Origin: Candidatus Nanoarchaeia archaeon
GTDB lineage: Archaea; Nanobdellota; Nanobdellia; Pacearchaeales; GW2011-AR1
Direction of reading: 5' to 3'
DNA: 30,024 bases
Assembly: GCA_035269225.1 (NCBI GenBank)
Contig: DATFJM010000083.1
Span: forward strand, 1-30,024
The position numbers and the translations under genes are program-made. The notes below the pieces were generated by a model. That model ran no database searches. It saw only the letters and a list, made by a program, of their open reading frames with translations, and had not been told where the DNA came from. Positions 1-10,298 of the stretch are shown here, piece by piece. Position 1 is the first letter of the stretch; the number at the start of each line of letters is the position of its first letter.

Positions 1-317
1 AATACAGCTCTTTTTTCTTTTTCACTCTCAGATTCAAAAAGAACTTCATTATTTTCATTAATTATTCTTTCAAGACAAGTACTCCATGTACAAACATTCT
101 CTTCTTTTTCTTCTTCTCCAAGAAAATCTTTCATTCCTGAAACACTGAAAACCCCTTGATATTTTTCACCTGGCAAAAATTTATTTATCTCTTTTTTATT
201 GATATCAAAATAACTCTCACCTAAACAATAAGAAAAATAACACCTTAGCTTGTCTTTTTCATCTGATTTTTCAACCCTTGCCACTTCAATTTCATATTTT
301 TCTTCCTTAACCATCAT
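1..317 (-). CDS. Hypothetical protein, partial (runs off the window start)
   Basis: Hand-translated: ATG at 317 or 314 overlaps the tyrS stop. The frame MMVKEEKYEIEVARVEKSDEKDKLRCYFSYCLGESY... stays open to position 1. No recognisable motif. Confidence 0.6.
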   Translation of the reverse strand, partial: MMVKEEKYEIEVARVEKSDEKDKLRCYFSYCLGESYFDINKKEINKFLPGEKYQGVFSVSGMKDFLGEEEKEENVCTWSTCLERIINENNEVLFESESEKEKRAV

Positions 318-1353
318 TTTTCTGTGGGTATGCTCTTTTTGAAATTTCCTCTAATTCTTCTTTGTGTTTTCTTATATGAAACAGAATCTTATTTATCTCT
401 TCAGAAACTGCATTTTTAAGATCAAGGGGATGTAGTTTTTTTTCAACAAAATCTTTTTCAAGAGATTCATAATCTTCATATTCTATATTTCCTCCAAATT
501 TTTCAGGTCTCTTTACAACAAGTTTTTCTTGTTTATCCTTTTTTATGGTCATTAAAACATATTTAACAAAAGGAAGAATCCCATTGTTAGTTTTTCCTTC
601 TTCACATTCTGCTTTTTTCATTTTTTTCTTTACTGTTTCTTCATCATCCAAAAGATCTATTTTTCCCCCTTCTACTGAAGAAGACATCTTTTCCCCTATT
701 AAACCAGGAATTAGTTTATGTATTATTTCTGTTCTTGGTTTATATCCTAATTTAGGAAGATTTTCTCTAGCTAACACCATAGTATTTCTTTGATCTGTAC
801 CTCCTAATTGAGCATCTGATTCTAAATAAACTTCATCACAATTCTGCATTATAGGGTATATTAAACCTGAAAGCTTTGCTTTGTCTCCTTCCATATTTTT
901 TACCACTTCTGCAGCTGCTCTCTTTGCATCTCTTAAAGAACTAAAACTACTCATTTTTAAAACATCAAAAACATATGCTCTTTTTAATTGAAAATCAGAG
1001 CCTTTTACAAAATCCAAATCTTTTGTGTCTACTCCTATTGATTCTATTAAATATTTTATTGTTTTTGAATAATATTCATATCTATAATCTAAAACTTCCC
1101 AAGGAGTATTATCCAATGCAGCATGCAAATCAGCTAATAAAACCTTCACCTTACATCCTGCTTTTAATAAATCCGCAATCTTAAGCATAGGAAAAAAATA
1201 ACCTACATGAGGTCTCCCTGTAGGAGCTGTTCCCCAATAAATAACAGGTTTTCTATCTGCTTTTAACATACCAAATAACTCTTCTTCTCCTATTATTTCA
1301 TCTGTATTTCTTCTAATTAAATTCACTGCTTTATCAAATTCTTCTTTATTCAT
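307..1353 (-). CDS. tyrS: Tyrosine--tRNA ligase (archaeal/eukaryotic type)
   Basis: YWGTAPTGRPHVGY (HIGH-like), LLADLHA, YPIMQ, GGTDQR and KMSSS motifs, plus a C-terminal LHPLDLK. The ATG at 1353 (MNKEEF) is preferred over the TTG at 1413. Confidence 0.95.
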   Translation of the reverse strand: MNKEEFDKAVNLIRRNTDEIIGEEELFGMLKADRKPVIYWGTAPTGRPHVGYFFPMLKIADLLKAGCKVKVLLADLHAALDNTPWEVLDYRYEYYSKTIKYLIESIGVDTKDLDFVKGSDFQLKRAYVFDVLKMSSFSSLRDAKRAAAEVVKNMEGDKAKLSGLIYPIMQNCDEVYLESDAQLGGTDQRNTMVLARENLPKLGYKPRTEIIHKLIPGLIGEKMSSSVEGGKIDLLDDEETVKKKMKKAECEEGKTNNGILPFVKYVLMTIKKDKQEKLVVKRPEKFGGNIEYEDYESLEKDFVEKKLHPLDLKNAVSEEINKILFHIRKHKEELEEISKRAYPQKNDG

Positions 1354-1417
1354 AAAGAAACCAACTAAACCAATAATTAAAAACTTTTCTAAACAAAAAA
1401 GAAAATATTTCAAGCAC

Positions 1418-1627
1418 TTATTCTCTATTCTTCAGGTAATTAATGTATTTTGCAGAAATTTCATCGTGCTTTTCTGAAACATAACCAAATTTATCACAGG
1501 TTTGTTTATAAATATTAAAAACCCTATTCACCTCTCTTAATGGTTCCTTATTTTCTATCTTAGTCTCTATTGTTTTTGCAAGTGTGTTTTCCATTGAAAT
1601 GATTCTGTCTTTTGTTTTCTTTTTCAT
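1418..1627 (-). CDS. Small hypothetical protein (69 aa)
   Basis: ATG-initiated ORF with genome-typical K/E-rich composition, filling the gap between tyrS and the permease gene. Confidence 0.55.
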   Translation of the reverse strand: MKKKTKDRIISMENTLAKTIETKIENKEPLREVNRVFNIYKQTCDKFGYVSEKHDEISAKYINYLKNRE

Positions 1628-1697
1628 TATAAAGCCCCTAAAATCCCTTTTTGTTTAACTTATAAGCATTTATAAAATTTGTTTTCTTGTGTTTTCA

Positions 1698-2927
1698 ATG
1701 TTAGCAGAAATAATTGCTGCTTTGTTAATAGGGATTTTATTTGGCATAATAACAGGCCTAATTCCTGGTATACATATAAATTTAATAGGAGCTTTTTTAA
1801 TCTCTCTTTCTACAGGTTTCTTATTAAATATAAATCCTCTCTATCTTGTTGTATTTATAACCTCAATGTCATTAACTCATACTTTTATTGATTTTATTCC
1901 CTCTATTCTTTTGGGTTGCCCTGATACTTCTACAGAACTAAGTGTCCTCCCAGGCCATGAGTTATTAAAAAAAGGACAAGGATTTAATGCAATTGTTTTG
2001 TCTGCATATGGTAGTTTCTTTGCTATCTTTCTTTTATTAATTATTTCTTTCCCTGCAATAAAAATAATTCCAAAAATATATCCAACAATAGAATCTTTTC
2101 TTCCTTTTTTACTTATCTTTATTTCTTTCTTAATGATTATGCTTGAAAAAAATAGAAAAACAGCTCTTTTTGTTTTTTTGATTTCGGGTATTCTTGGTTT
2201 TAGTATTTTAAATCTGGAAGGTGGACTAAAACAACCTTTGCTACCTTTATTAACAGGGCTCTTTGGTAGTTCTATGTTAATAACAAGTATAAAAAACAAA
2301 CCTCTAATCCCTAAACAAAAAATTCCCAAAAAGACAACCTTTTCCCTATTAAACAGAAAAAACTTTTCAAGGGCAATAATAGGATCGATGTTTGCTTCTC
2401 CTTTGTGTAGTTTCCTTCCTGGTCTAGGATCAGGGCAAGCTGCTATAATAGGGAACACACTATTTAATAAAAAACAAAATAAAGAAAATAAAAAAACCTT
2501 CCTTGTTCTATTGGGAGCAACAAATACCTTAGTTATGGGTTTTTCTTTTATCACTCTTTATATTTTATCAAAAACAAGAACAGGTTCTGCTGCAGCAATA
2601 AAAACAATAATTGGAAGCCCTAATAATTCCATTATTTTATTAATAATTCTAATAATTTTTCTCTCTGGAGTTTTATCTTATTACATAACAATTATTTTAG
2701 GGAGATTTTTTTGTAAAAAAATACATCAGATTCCTTATCATATTTTTTCTTATGTAACCTTATCTCTATTAGCTCTTGTTATCTTACTTGTAAGTGGTCT
2801 TTTTGGTCTTCTTGTTTTTTCAATATCAAGTTTAACAGGGTTTTATCTTATTTCATTAGGAGTAAGAAGAACAAACATGATGGGTTGTTTATTAGTCCCA
2901 ACAATATTAATTTACTTGGGGTTTTAA
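1698..2927 (+). CDS. Archaeal TctA-like (tripartite tricarboxylate transporter family) membrane protein
   Basis: GIITGLIPGIHIN, HTFIDFIPSILLGCPD, VLPGHELL..G.G and LPGLGSGQAA motifs. About 12 hydrophobic segments. Likely start is the ATG at 1698. Confidence 0.8.
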   Translation: MLAEIIAALLIGILFGIITGLIPGIHINLIGAFLISLSTGFLLNINPLYLVVFITSMSLTHTFIDFIPSILLGCPDTSTELSVLPGHELLKKGQGFNAIVLSAYGSFFAIFLLLIISFPAIKIIPKIYPTIESFLPFLLIFISFLMIMLEKNRKTALFVFLISGILGFSILNLEGGLKQPLLPLLTGLFGSSMLITSIKNKPLIPKQKIPKKTTFSLLNRKNFSRAIIGSMFASPLCSFLPGLGSGQAAIIGNTLFNKKQNKENKKTFLVLLGATNTLVMGFSFITLYILSKTRTGSAAAIKTIIGSPNNSIILLIILIIFLSGVLSYYITIILGRFFCKKIHQIPYHIFSYVTLSLLALVILLVSGLFGLLVFSISSLTGFYLISLGVRRTNMMGCLLVPTILIYLGF

Positions 2928-2969
2928 TTAGTTATTAATATTTTATTTTTTTGTTTTATTTAATAAAAA

Positions 2970-5900
2970 CTAAAACCATTTGTCGATATTTTCTTGTTTT
3001 TCTAATTCTTTTCCAAAAATACTATCAATGTATCTCTTAACAAGCTCTATATTTTGTTGAGTATATTGGGAAAGATGGTATTTCCTTGAAAGAGTAAGTG
3101 CAGGTTCAAGGTATTTTTTAATGCCTCCTTCATGAATTGTAAAAATAATTTTTCCACCGCATTTTGGGCATTTTCCATGAAGAGGGGGCCTTCTCATTAT
3201 TAAATTACAATCAACACACCTAAATTCCTGTTGAGAAAATTTCCTTAAATTACCTTTCATATCTCTTATAAAATGTCTATCTATAACAAGTCTCGCAGTA
3301 TCTGCTGTATCTACTGCTCTTAGTTTTTCTGCTAATTCCATCTGATGTTCTACCTTTTCCTGCATCGTGCCTAATTTTTTATAAGCAGAACATAGAACCC
3401 CTCCATTCATGTCTGAAGTATCATGTGTATAACCCATATTCAGAAAAGGATTTTCTCCTTTTTTCATTATGTCTTCAACAAACTCTACATCAACTTCAGA
3501 AGAATGTTTTTTTTCTTCTGCTGCCTCATAAAGTTCTAAAGGATAATTCCAACACATTTCTAAATCAAGTATTTGGTCATCTACTTCTCCTGCATCTATT
3601 TTAGCATTTAAGACCAAGGGAGCGTCCTGTGTTCCCCCTCTGTGCCCAGGTAAAAACTCTTTTGAAAAGTTAAGTAAAACATCCCCCAACAACATTATTG
3701 CTGCTTCATCTCCATCACAATCTCTTCTTATTGCAGCATGTATATATGGGCTTGCATAAATACCCTGTACTTTAGAAAAACCTATTATTCTTCCTGCAAC
3801 ACCAGCACAATTATGTGGGGCCATTGCAACCCCTATATGCCCTATTAAATCTTCTCTTTTTTTAATGTTGTAAAATTTTTTAATTCCATAAATCTTTTCT
3901 AGTTCTTCATCAACAAAATTAGCTATTTTCATAAAAACTTCGTCTCCTCTTTCATCAAAAGAATCAGTAGGTGCGGGAATAAGAATATCATGAGGCATAG
4001 ATTCAACTAACTGGTCTTCTTTTTCAAGAGACTTTCCATAAATATCTTTTGTATATCCCAATTCTCTTAATTTTTCTACACTTGCACCTATTTCACTTGG
4101 TTTAAAATAAAACAAAGGAAGTTCTGTTCCATCTACTCTTATTGTTCCATCTTTGTTAACTTGTAAACCATATTTAGCCCTTAATAATCCCTTAGAAAGA
4201 TGTTCTAAACCATGGTTTTTAGAAGAAGTTCCTCTAACCCCTTTTATTAATTTGGGAGCTTCAACTCTTTTCATGCCTATTTTTTCTAATGCTTTTTGGT
4301 AATAATGTTTAATATCTATTTTCCTTGTAGAATAGGGAACTCCTTCCTCTAAGTTACTCCTTTGTTCTTTTTTATTAAATGATTTTTCTTTTAGATCACT
4401 AAAAAAATACATTTGAATTGTCTTTTTATTACAATTTTCACAAACAGGGTAAATTGTCTCTTTTTTACAGTTTTTACAAAAAAACAAAGGGAAATCATTA
4501 TTAATCTCTCCTATCTCTAAAGTAGATTGCAGGCTCCTCATTTTACCTCCTTCTTTTCCAACTGGAAACAACATATTAGGGCTTCCCTGAAGTTTTCTTA
4601 ATTTAGCTTTTTCAGGTCTCCCCATTCTTGCACCAATAAATTCTCCTGCTTTGTCCTTTATTTTAAAATTAGAAATAAGATCTATAATTTCTATTGTTCT
4701 TTTATCACTTTTATCAAATTCTTTTTCATTTAGATGTTCGTTTAATTTCACACTTTCTTTTTTTTCAACTAATCCTATATCAATACCTAAATTAGCCAAT
4801 AATGCTTTTGAATTCTCTTTGTTTATTACAACATTGTCAGGAGTAACCATATGTTCTATTCCTAGAATCTCTAAGACTCTTTTTCCTTTTGCAAAAGATT
4901 CTTCTTTTTCTTTATTAAAGGGTAAGATGATTTTTTCCTCTATTTTTGAATTTTTCAACCATTTTATAAAATTTATAAGCCCTTCTTTTCCAAGGTCTTC
5001 TTCGAGATCTATTTGATCCCAAAAAAAGATATATTTAGGATGTAATGGAAGACTATAATTTCTTGAAATCTCAATTGCTTTTTCTAGAGAAATATTAAAG
5101 GGATCTATAGTTTCAATCTCTTTTGATTTTTTATTCTCTTTAATAGCTTTTTTTAATTCTAAATTCCACCATTCTTCTACATATCCTGGTTTTATTAGTT
5201 CTGCATTTCTATTCGCAAGATCACTAAAAGGAAAAAGCAAATCTCCCAAATAAATAATCTCTTCAACCTCTGGATAAATCTTTTTTGCTTCTTCTGTAGT
5301 AAGAGGTTTTTTTACACTTTTATCCTTAAGTTTCACAATAGGCCCTTCTATACTATCACAAGAAGTAACTGCACACCCTTTTGTTGGTTTTTCTATTTTT
5401 AATTGAGTTCCATTAGAAATAAAACCATCTGTTATTGCCATAGTGGCAGGATGAACTGATGCAGCAGAAAAACCACTGGTTCTCCCTCTCCCATACCTAT
5501 ATCTTAAACCTCCTCTCCTAGAAGGATGCCCATAAACAGGCCTTCCTGCTACAAGGTCTTTTATATAAGTAGGTCTTGTATCTCCTCCATCAGAAGATTT
5601 TCCTGATTGTGTTTTTTCATGAATCTTAAGATATTCTTCTAAAAAATCAAAACCAGTTGATTTTATACCATCCTTTTTTGCTTGTTTTAATTTTCTAAAA
5701 CCTTTTGGTGCTTTTTGGGCAAGACCCTCAGCCATGACTAAACAATAACCACTTCTTAAAAAATTAGTTTCAATTCTATCTAAATTTTTATAATTAGGTA
5801 CCTCAACTTTTTCAGAAGGATCTCCTGCTACTAATATAGGCATGTTTTTTGCAAGAAAATTAGCTTCTTCTTCTGTAGGCATATATTGTAAATTAGTTAC

Positions 5901-6494
5901 TCTGTCATGAAAATGTTCTAGTTCTGCATAGACTCTTTTTATTTCCTCTTCTGTTGGGTCATATTTTGCATAACCAAAAGTTTCTCTTAAATAATCAATC
6001 AACATTAAAACAATACATGAAGCAGTTGTACCAGCAGATCTTATAGGTCCTGCAAAACTAGCTTCAAGAAATTCTTTTCCATTGTCTTTTCTTTTTCTTG
6101 TCTTTAAACCAGTAAAACCTTCCATAGGAGAAGAAACAACTCCTAAAGTAATATAAGCAAGACCTATCCTTATTCCTGCATCTATTGCCTGTAATAAATC
6201 ATCAAATTTACAAAATTTTTGTCTCGCTACTTCTTCTCCTATTTTAAAAACAACTGTTGCTTCTAGTTTACCATGTTCTTTTTCAAGCTCTTTTATTCTA
6301 TCTGCAATTCCTGAATTTCTCATTTGAGGGTACATATTTGATATCAACCCTACTACTTTTTCAGCCATAGACATTGCTAAAGGAATTTCTACTTGTTCTG
6401 AAAAATCAAAACCTTTTTCTCTGGCTTTTCCAGCCATATCATAAACTTTATCTACATCTGTTTTCAGTTTCTTGAAATAATCATCTGTTTTCAT
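2970..6494 (-). CDS. polC: DNA polymerase D large subunit (DP2)
   Basis: FAGPIRSAGT, RYGRGRTSG, IGARMGRPEKAK and catalytic RRDCDGDE motifs, C-terminal CxxC..CxxC, PIP-like tail QENIDKWF. No intein. Confidence 0.97.
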   Translation of the reverse strand: MKTDDYFKKLKTDVDKVYDMAGKAREKGFDFSEQVEIPLAMSMAEKVVGLISNMYPQMRNSGIADRIKELEKEHGKLEATVVFKIGEEVARQKFCKFDDLLQAIDAGIRIGLAYITLGVVSSPMEGFTGLKTRKRKDNGKEFLEASFAGPIRSAGTTASCIVLMLIDYLRETFGYAKYDPTEEEIKRVYAELEHFHDRVTNLQYMPTEEEANFLAKNMPILVAGDPSEKVEVPNYKNLDRIETNFLRSGYCLVMAEGLAQKAPKGFRKLKQAKKDGIKSTGFDFLEEYLKIHEKTQSGKSSDGGDTRPTYIKDLVAGRPVYGHPSRRGGLRYRYGRGRTSGFSAASVHPATMAITDGFISNGTQLKIEKPTKGCAVTSCDSIEGPIVKLKDKSVKKPLTTEEAKKIYPEVEEIIYLGDLLFPFSDLANRNAELIKPGYVEEWWNLELKKAIKENKKSKEIETIDPFNISLEKAIEISRNYSLPLHPKYIFFWDQIDLEEDLGKEGLINFIKWLKNSKIEEKIILPFNKEKEESFAKGKRVLEILGIEHMVTPDNVVINKENSKALLANLGIDIGLVEKKESVKLNEHLNEKEFDKSDKRTIEIIDLISNFKIKDKAGEFIGARMGRPEKAKLRKLQGSPNMLFPVGKEGGKMRSLQSTLEIGEINNDFPLFFCKNCKKETIYPVCENCNKKTIQMYFFSDLKEKSFNKKEQRSNLEEGVPYSTRKIDIKHYYQKALEKIGMKRVEAPKLIKGVRGTSSKNHGLEHLSKGLLRAKYGLQVNKDGTIRVDGTELPLFYFKPSEIGASVEKLRELGYTKDIYGKSLEKEDQLVESMPHDILIPAPTDSFDERGDEVFMKIANFVDEELEKIYGIKKFYNIKKREDLIGHIGVAMAPHNCAGVAGRIIGFSKVQGIYASPYIHAAIRRDCDGDEAAIMLLGDVLLNFSKEFLPGHRGGTQDAPLVLNAKIDAGEVDDQILDLEMCWNYPLELYEAAEEKKHSSEVDVEFVEDIMKKGENPFLNMGYTHDTSDMNGGVLCSAYKKLGTMQEKVEHQMELAEKLRAVDTADTARLVIDRHFIRDMKGNLRKFSQQEFRCVDCNLIMRRPPLHGKCPKCGGKIIFTIHEGGIKKYLEPALTLSRKYHLSQYTQQNIELVKRYIDSIFGKELEKQENIDKWF

Positions 6495-7066
6495 TTTAAT
6501 AACAACATTGCAGCATCATATCTAGGTTTAATTAATTTTTTTCCTTTTTCAGAAAGCTGATTATATTTATTTTGTAATTTTTTTATTACTTCTTTTCTTG
6601 ATTCCTCTTGTGTTTTTTTCTCATGAACCAAAGAAGCCTTAAAAATCCCCGGAAGATTATCAAAGTTACTCATAGCATCTGCTTCTGCAACAATCTGTTC
6701 TTCTTTTGTTTCCCTAGAATTATCTCTTGAACCTCTGTGATTTAAAATACATTTTTTTACTTTTTTGATTTTTTCTTCAGGATAACTAAGGTCTCTTAAT
6801 TTTTTCTCTGCTATTTTAGCTCCTGTTATATGGTGGTCTTTTCTTCCATAGATTATAGAACCAATATCATGGAGCCAAGAAGAAATTTCCACTACCTCTT
6901 CATCTATTTTTTCTTCTTCCTCTTTGTGTGTCCTAACTAATTCCCTTGCATATTCGACCATAGGAACAAAATGGGCTTCGTAAACTTCTTCTCCATATTT
7001 ACTGTTTTCACTAACACACTTTTCTCTTACAAAATTCTTCAAAATACTAATTAAATTATTTTCCAT
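6491..7066 (-). CDS. HD-domain phosphohydrolase
   Basis: H...WLHDIG...HH..GA...NHR...EADA pattern. The stop overlaps the polC start (ATGA). Confidence 0.85.
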   Translation of the reverse strand: MENNLISILKNFVREKCVSENSKYGEEVYEAHFVPMVEYARELVRTHKEEEEKIDEEVVEISSWLHDIGSIIYGRKDHHITGAKIAEKKLRDLSYPEEKIKKVKKCILNHRGSRDNSRETKEEQIVAEADAMSNFDNLPGIFKASLVHEKKTQEESRKEVIKKLQNKYNQLSEKGKKLIKPRYDAAMLLLK

Positions 7067-7071
7067 TTTTA

Positions 7072-8037
7072 TTAAGGTTTTATTAACACTTTTTTATTTA
7101 ATTTTGAATTTTCTTTTTCTGACTCAATAAAATCATTATATTTTTTTGATAACTCACTTAGTTTTTTATAGTGATTATTAAAAGTGACTTCAGGGTCAAT
7201 ATATCTAAATTTCTTTTTCAATTCAACCCCTTTTTTATCTTCTATTATCTTAAACCCTTTTTTAAGAAGATTAAGGTTTTCTAAAATAAAACCATTCCCT
7301 TGATTTTCTAAAATATTTAAAACATGACTTTCTGTTTTTTGAAAATCTTCTAAAGAAAGAATGTTTTTTTCAAGACCTTCTTTTAAAGTATTTGACAAAA
7401 GATAATAACTAGCTCTTGCTTTATCACTTGCCCATGATTTTTTTTGTAAACCCATATATTCTTTTGCAAAGATTTCAGCAATTTCTTTGTTTTTAAAAAC
7501 AACCTGATTATTTTTAACTCTTAAATTTTCATATAGTCTTTTTGATAAATCTCTTTTCTTATCTAAAGCTATTTCCCTCAGACAATAATCAATTCTATCA
7601 GCACATAAACCTGGAGTTTCTCTCTCTAGCAAGGGAAAATTTTCATGATTAGATATTCTTTTATAATTAAACCTCTTTTTTTCTAAAATATTTTTTATAT
7701 TTGAATTTTTTATTGAATCAAAAAGATTTTTATCTTGATAATCTTCTTTTTCAGGGTCTCCATAGATCCAATCTATAACATGAGAAAAGGTTGTATGAGA
7801 AACATCATGTAACAAGCCTGAAACTTGTTCTTCTAATCCTGCTCCTAATTTTCTTAATAATATCAAAACACCTAAAGAATGTTCATATCTTGAAAATCCT
7901 TTTTTAAAAAAATATTTATCAGGCATCCCTAACTGAGAAACACCTTTAAGTCTCTGCATAGAACCTGAATTAATAATATCAATTAAAACTTCTTCTTTTA
8001 TTTCTTCTGGCCCATATACTCTATCTTTTATTTTCAT
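7072..8037 (-). CDS. HD-domain protein, dNTP triphosphohydrolase-like (YdhJ/SAMHD1-type HD family)
   Basis: MQRLKGVSQLG, SRYEHSLGV, LLHDVSHTTFSH and ADRIDY are hallmark motifs of this HD subfamily. Confidence 0.8.
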   Translation of the reverse strand: MKIKDRVYGPEEIKEEVLIDIINSGSMQRLKGVSQLGMPDKYFFKKGFSRYEHSLGVLILLRKLGAGLEEQVSGLLHDVSHTTFSHVIDWIYGDPEKEDYQDKNLFDSIKNSNIKNILEKKRFNYKRISNHENFPLLERETPGLCADRIDYCLREIALDKKRDLSKRLYENLRVKNNQVVFKNKEIAEIFAKEYMGLQKKSWASDKARASYYLLSNTLKEGLEKNILSLEDFQKTESHVLNILENQGNGFILENLNLLKKGFKIIEDKKGVELKKKFRYIDPEVTFNNHYKKLSELSKKYNDFIESEKENSKLNKKVLIKP

Positions 8038-8632
8038 TATTTTTTATTTTCATTTTATTTATTTTATTGAATATCTCATTCCAATCTTTAACTATTTCTA
8101 TATTATTATAATTTCTAAAATTGTAATGTTTATTCCATGGCCTTTCTAAGATAAAAACAAAAACCCCTCTTTTAGCACAATCTATAGCATAACATGGTTT
8201 ATCCTCTATCATAATATCTATTTTTTCTATTTCGCATATATCTCCTTTTGTTTGAATTCTTTTTTTTGAAAAATTCTCAGCTTCTTCAGAATGAATAATT
8301 TTAAGGTTTTCTGGAAAATATTTATTAATAAATCTCTTGGTTCTTTCACTATGTTCTTTTGGTCTTGCTGTTATAAAGGTTATTTGGTTTTCTTTATATA
8401 GCAAATTAATTGATTTTTCTGAACCCTTAACAATTTCCAAATTTTCAAATTCTTCAGTAAAATGAAAATTTTCTATTTCGTCTCCTACTTCTTCTTTATT
8501 AATAAAATAATCCCTTATTCTATCAACAACGTATGCTCTATTTATATCAAAATCTTTCTTTTTTTGATAGTATCTTAAAAATCCTTTTCTAAATTCTGCA
8601 ATAACATCATCTATATCTATTCCTATTTTCAT
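8021..8632 (-). CDS. HAD-superfamily 5'(3')-deoxyribonucleotidase-like protein (NT5C type)
   Basis: IGIDIDDVIA motif I, FITAR motif II, K...IMIEDK, RPWN and ..W.EI tail. Confidence 0.8.
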   Translation of the reverse strand: MKIGIDIDDVIAEFRKGFLRYYQKKKDFDINRAYVVDRIRDYFINKEEVGDEIENFHFTEEFENLEIVKGSEKSINLLYKENQITFITARPKEHSERTKRFINKYFPENLKIIHSEEAENFSKKRIQTKGDICEIEKIDIMIEDKPCYAIDCAKRGVFVFILERPWNKHYNFRNYNNIEIVKDWNEIFNKINKMKIKNNENKR

Positions 8633-8639
8633 TTTTATT

Positions 8640-10262
8640 TTATCTTGCTAGTTTTTTCTCTTCTGATTCTTCTTTGTCTTCAAAATCAAGTATCCTTATA
8701 TTCCCTTTTTTTAAATTAAACATTGGTACTTTACAATGATCTGGTTTATTTCCCATTTTTTCTTGGTAAGAAGTCATTGCTTCCCAACAAGAAACTGAAA
8801 TAAGAGAGATATTATTATAGTTTTCAATATGTGCTTTATGGGTATGTCCTGAAACAAAGATATCAGGAATTTTTTTAATAAGGAGAGGGTCTTCTTCAGA
8901 AGGATAATATTGTGTAGAAGTGTGAGCTGGTGCAAGATGCCTATTTTTCAATAAATATTTCATTATTTCTGCAGGAGCATTCATAGCATCTTTTTCTATT
9001 AAACTAGGAATGTTATTAGCATAATAAGGAAAAGAAAACCCATGATATCCTAAAACATCAAAACCAGAAAAATCTTTTGTAGCTCCTATATTAAACCTCG
9101 CAGGATTTTCTGAGATAATTATGTTTTCTAATTGAAATAAAGGCCATGCAAATTTTTCATCAAAAACAGGTTGAGGCTCCATTAATCTCACACAATCATG
9201 GTTTCCAGGAAAAGCAATTATTTTTATGTCTTTTCTTATTTTTTCTAAATATTTAGAAAATTCTAAAAATTGTTTCTCTAAATCTTTTATTTCCAGGTCT
9301 TTTTCTTGATCAGGATAATTTCCTACACCTGTTATAATATCTCCTATTAACACAAGATATTTTATCTTACTTACTTTATTATTGGGATCATGAGAATCAG
9401 GGTTATCTTCACTTAAATAATAAATAAAATTTTCAAAACTTTTTTTTAAAAATAATTTACTTCCAAAATGTAAATCTCCTATAAACAAGGCATACTCCTC
9501 AATAGGCGATTTCTTTTTTTCAGGAAGTCTTGCCTCAGGAAAAACAATCTCATTAGCAAAGATTATTTCCTTATTTCCAGAACCCTTAAAACCCAAAACA
9601 GAATCTAAACTAATTTCTTCTGCTTTTTTATATAATTCTGGTTTATTTTGATTTATTAAAACTCTTATGCTTCCTGTCAAATCTTCTACTTGTAATAATA
9701 TATTTTTGTTTTTAGTTACTTTTTTATCTGAAACTATCCCTATTAAAGAAACCCCTTGTGTATTTCCTGAGAGCCTATTTATAGAAACTAAATTATCTAA
9801 TTCTGCATGTTCTTGTAAAATATTTTTTAATTCTTTGTGTCTGCTTTTAAAATAATTAACAAAATCCTTTACTCCTAATTGTTTATTAGGAAAATCAGGT
9901 CTAGAACCTAAATTAACTCTTCCAGAAATCTTTTTATTTTGGTCTTTTTTGTTTTTTTTAGTAATATTTTCTTTTTTACTTTCTCTTTCATTATTATCTA
10001 AACCTATTTTATTTTTAAAAATATCAAATTCCTGTTGTTTTTCTTTGGATAATTCAAGTAAAAACCTCTTTATTTTTTCTTTGTTTTTTTTTAAAACATC
10101 CTTGTTTATGAATTTTTGTCCTGTGTTATTTTTTATTCTTTCTAATAAAAATTTTATAGAATCTTCATCATTCACATCTTCAAATAAATTAAATGTCTGG
10201 TTATCTACTATTATTCCTTTCTTAAAACAAAATCCTAAAATATTTTTATTATCTCTTTCCAT
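8640..10262 (-). CDS. polB: DNA polymerase D small subunit (DP1, proofreading exonuclease)
   Basis: OB-fold (EDLTG) and calcineurin-like motifs GDLHFGS, GDIITG, PGNHD, YHG, RHLAP and GHTH. Adjacent to cdc6. Confidence 0.93.
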   Translation of the reverse strand: MERDNKNILGFCFKKGIIVDNQTFNLFEDVNDEDSIKFLLERIKNNTGQKFINKDVLKKNKEKIKRFLLELSKEKQQEFDIFKNKIGLDNNERESKKENITKKNKKDQNKKISGRVNLGSRPDFPNKQLGVKDFVNYFKSRHKELKNILQEHAELDNLVSINRLSGNTQGVSLIGIVSDKKVTKNKNILLQVEDLTGSIRVLINQNKPELYKKAEEISLDSVLGFKGSGNKEIIFANEIVFPEARLPEKKKSPIEEYALFIGDLHFGSKLFLKKSFENFIYYLSEDNPDSHDPNNKVSKIKYLVLIGDIITGVGNYPDQEKDLEIKDLEKQFLEFSKYLEKIRKDIKIIAFPGNHDCVRLMEPQPVFDEKFAWPLFQLENIIISENPARFNIGATKDFSGFDVLGYHGFSFPYYANNIPSLIEKDAMNAPAEIMKYLLKNRHLAPAHTSTQYYPSEEDPLLIKKIPDIFVSGHTHKAHIENYNNISLISVSCWEAMTSYQEKMGNKPDHCKVPMFNLKKGNIRILDFEDKEESEEKKLAR

Positions 10263-10298
10263 TTTTCAATTATTTCTTTTTTAGACTATTAGATATAA

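Noticed and set aside
1411..1665. Partial cassette-site arms near the 69-aa ORF (GCACTTA at 1414, TTAACTTA at about 1655)
   Set aside because: Only 7-8 nt, in inconsistent arrangement and without the TAACC core. Expected by chance in AT-rich DNA.
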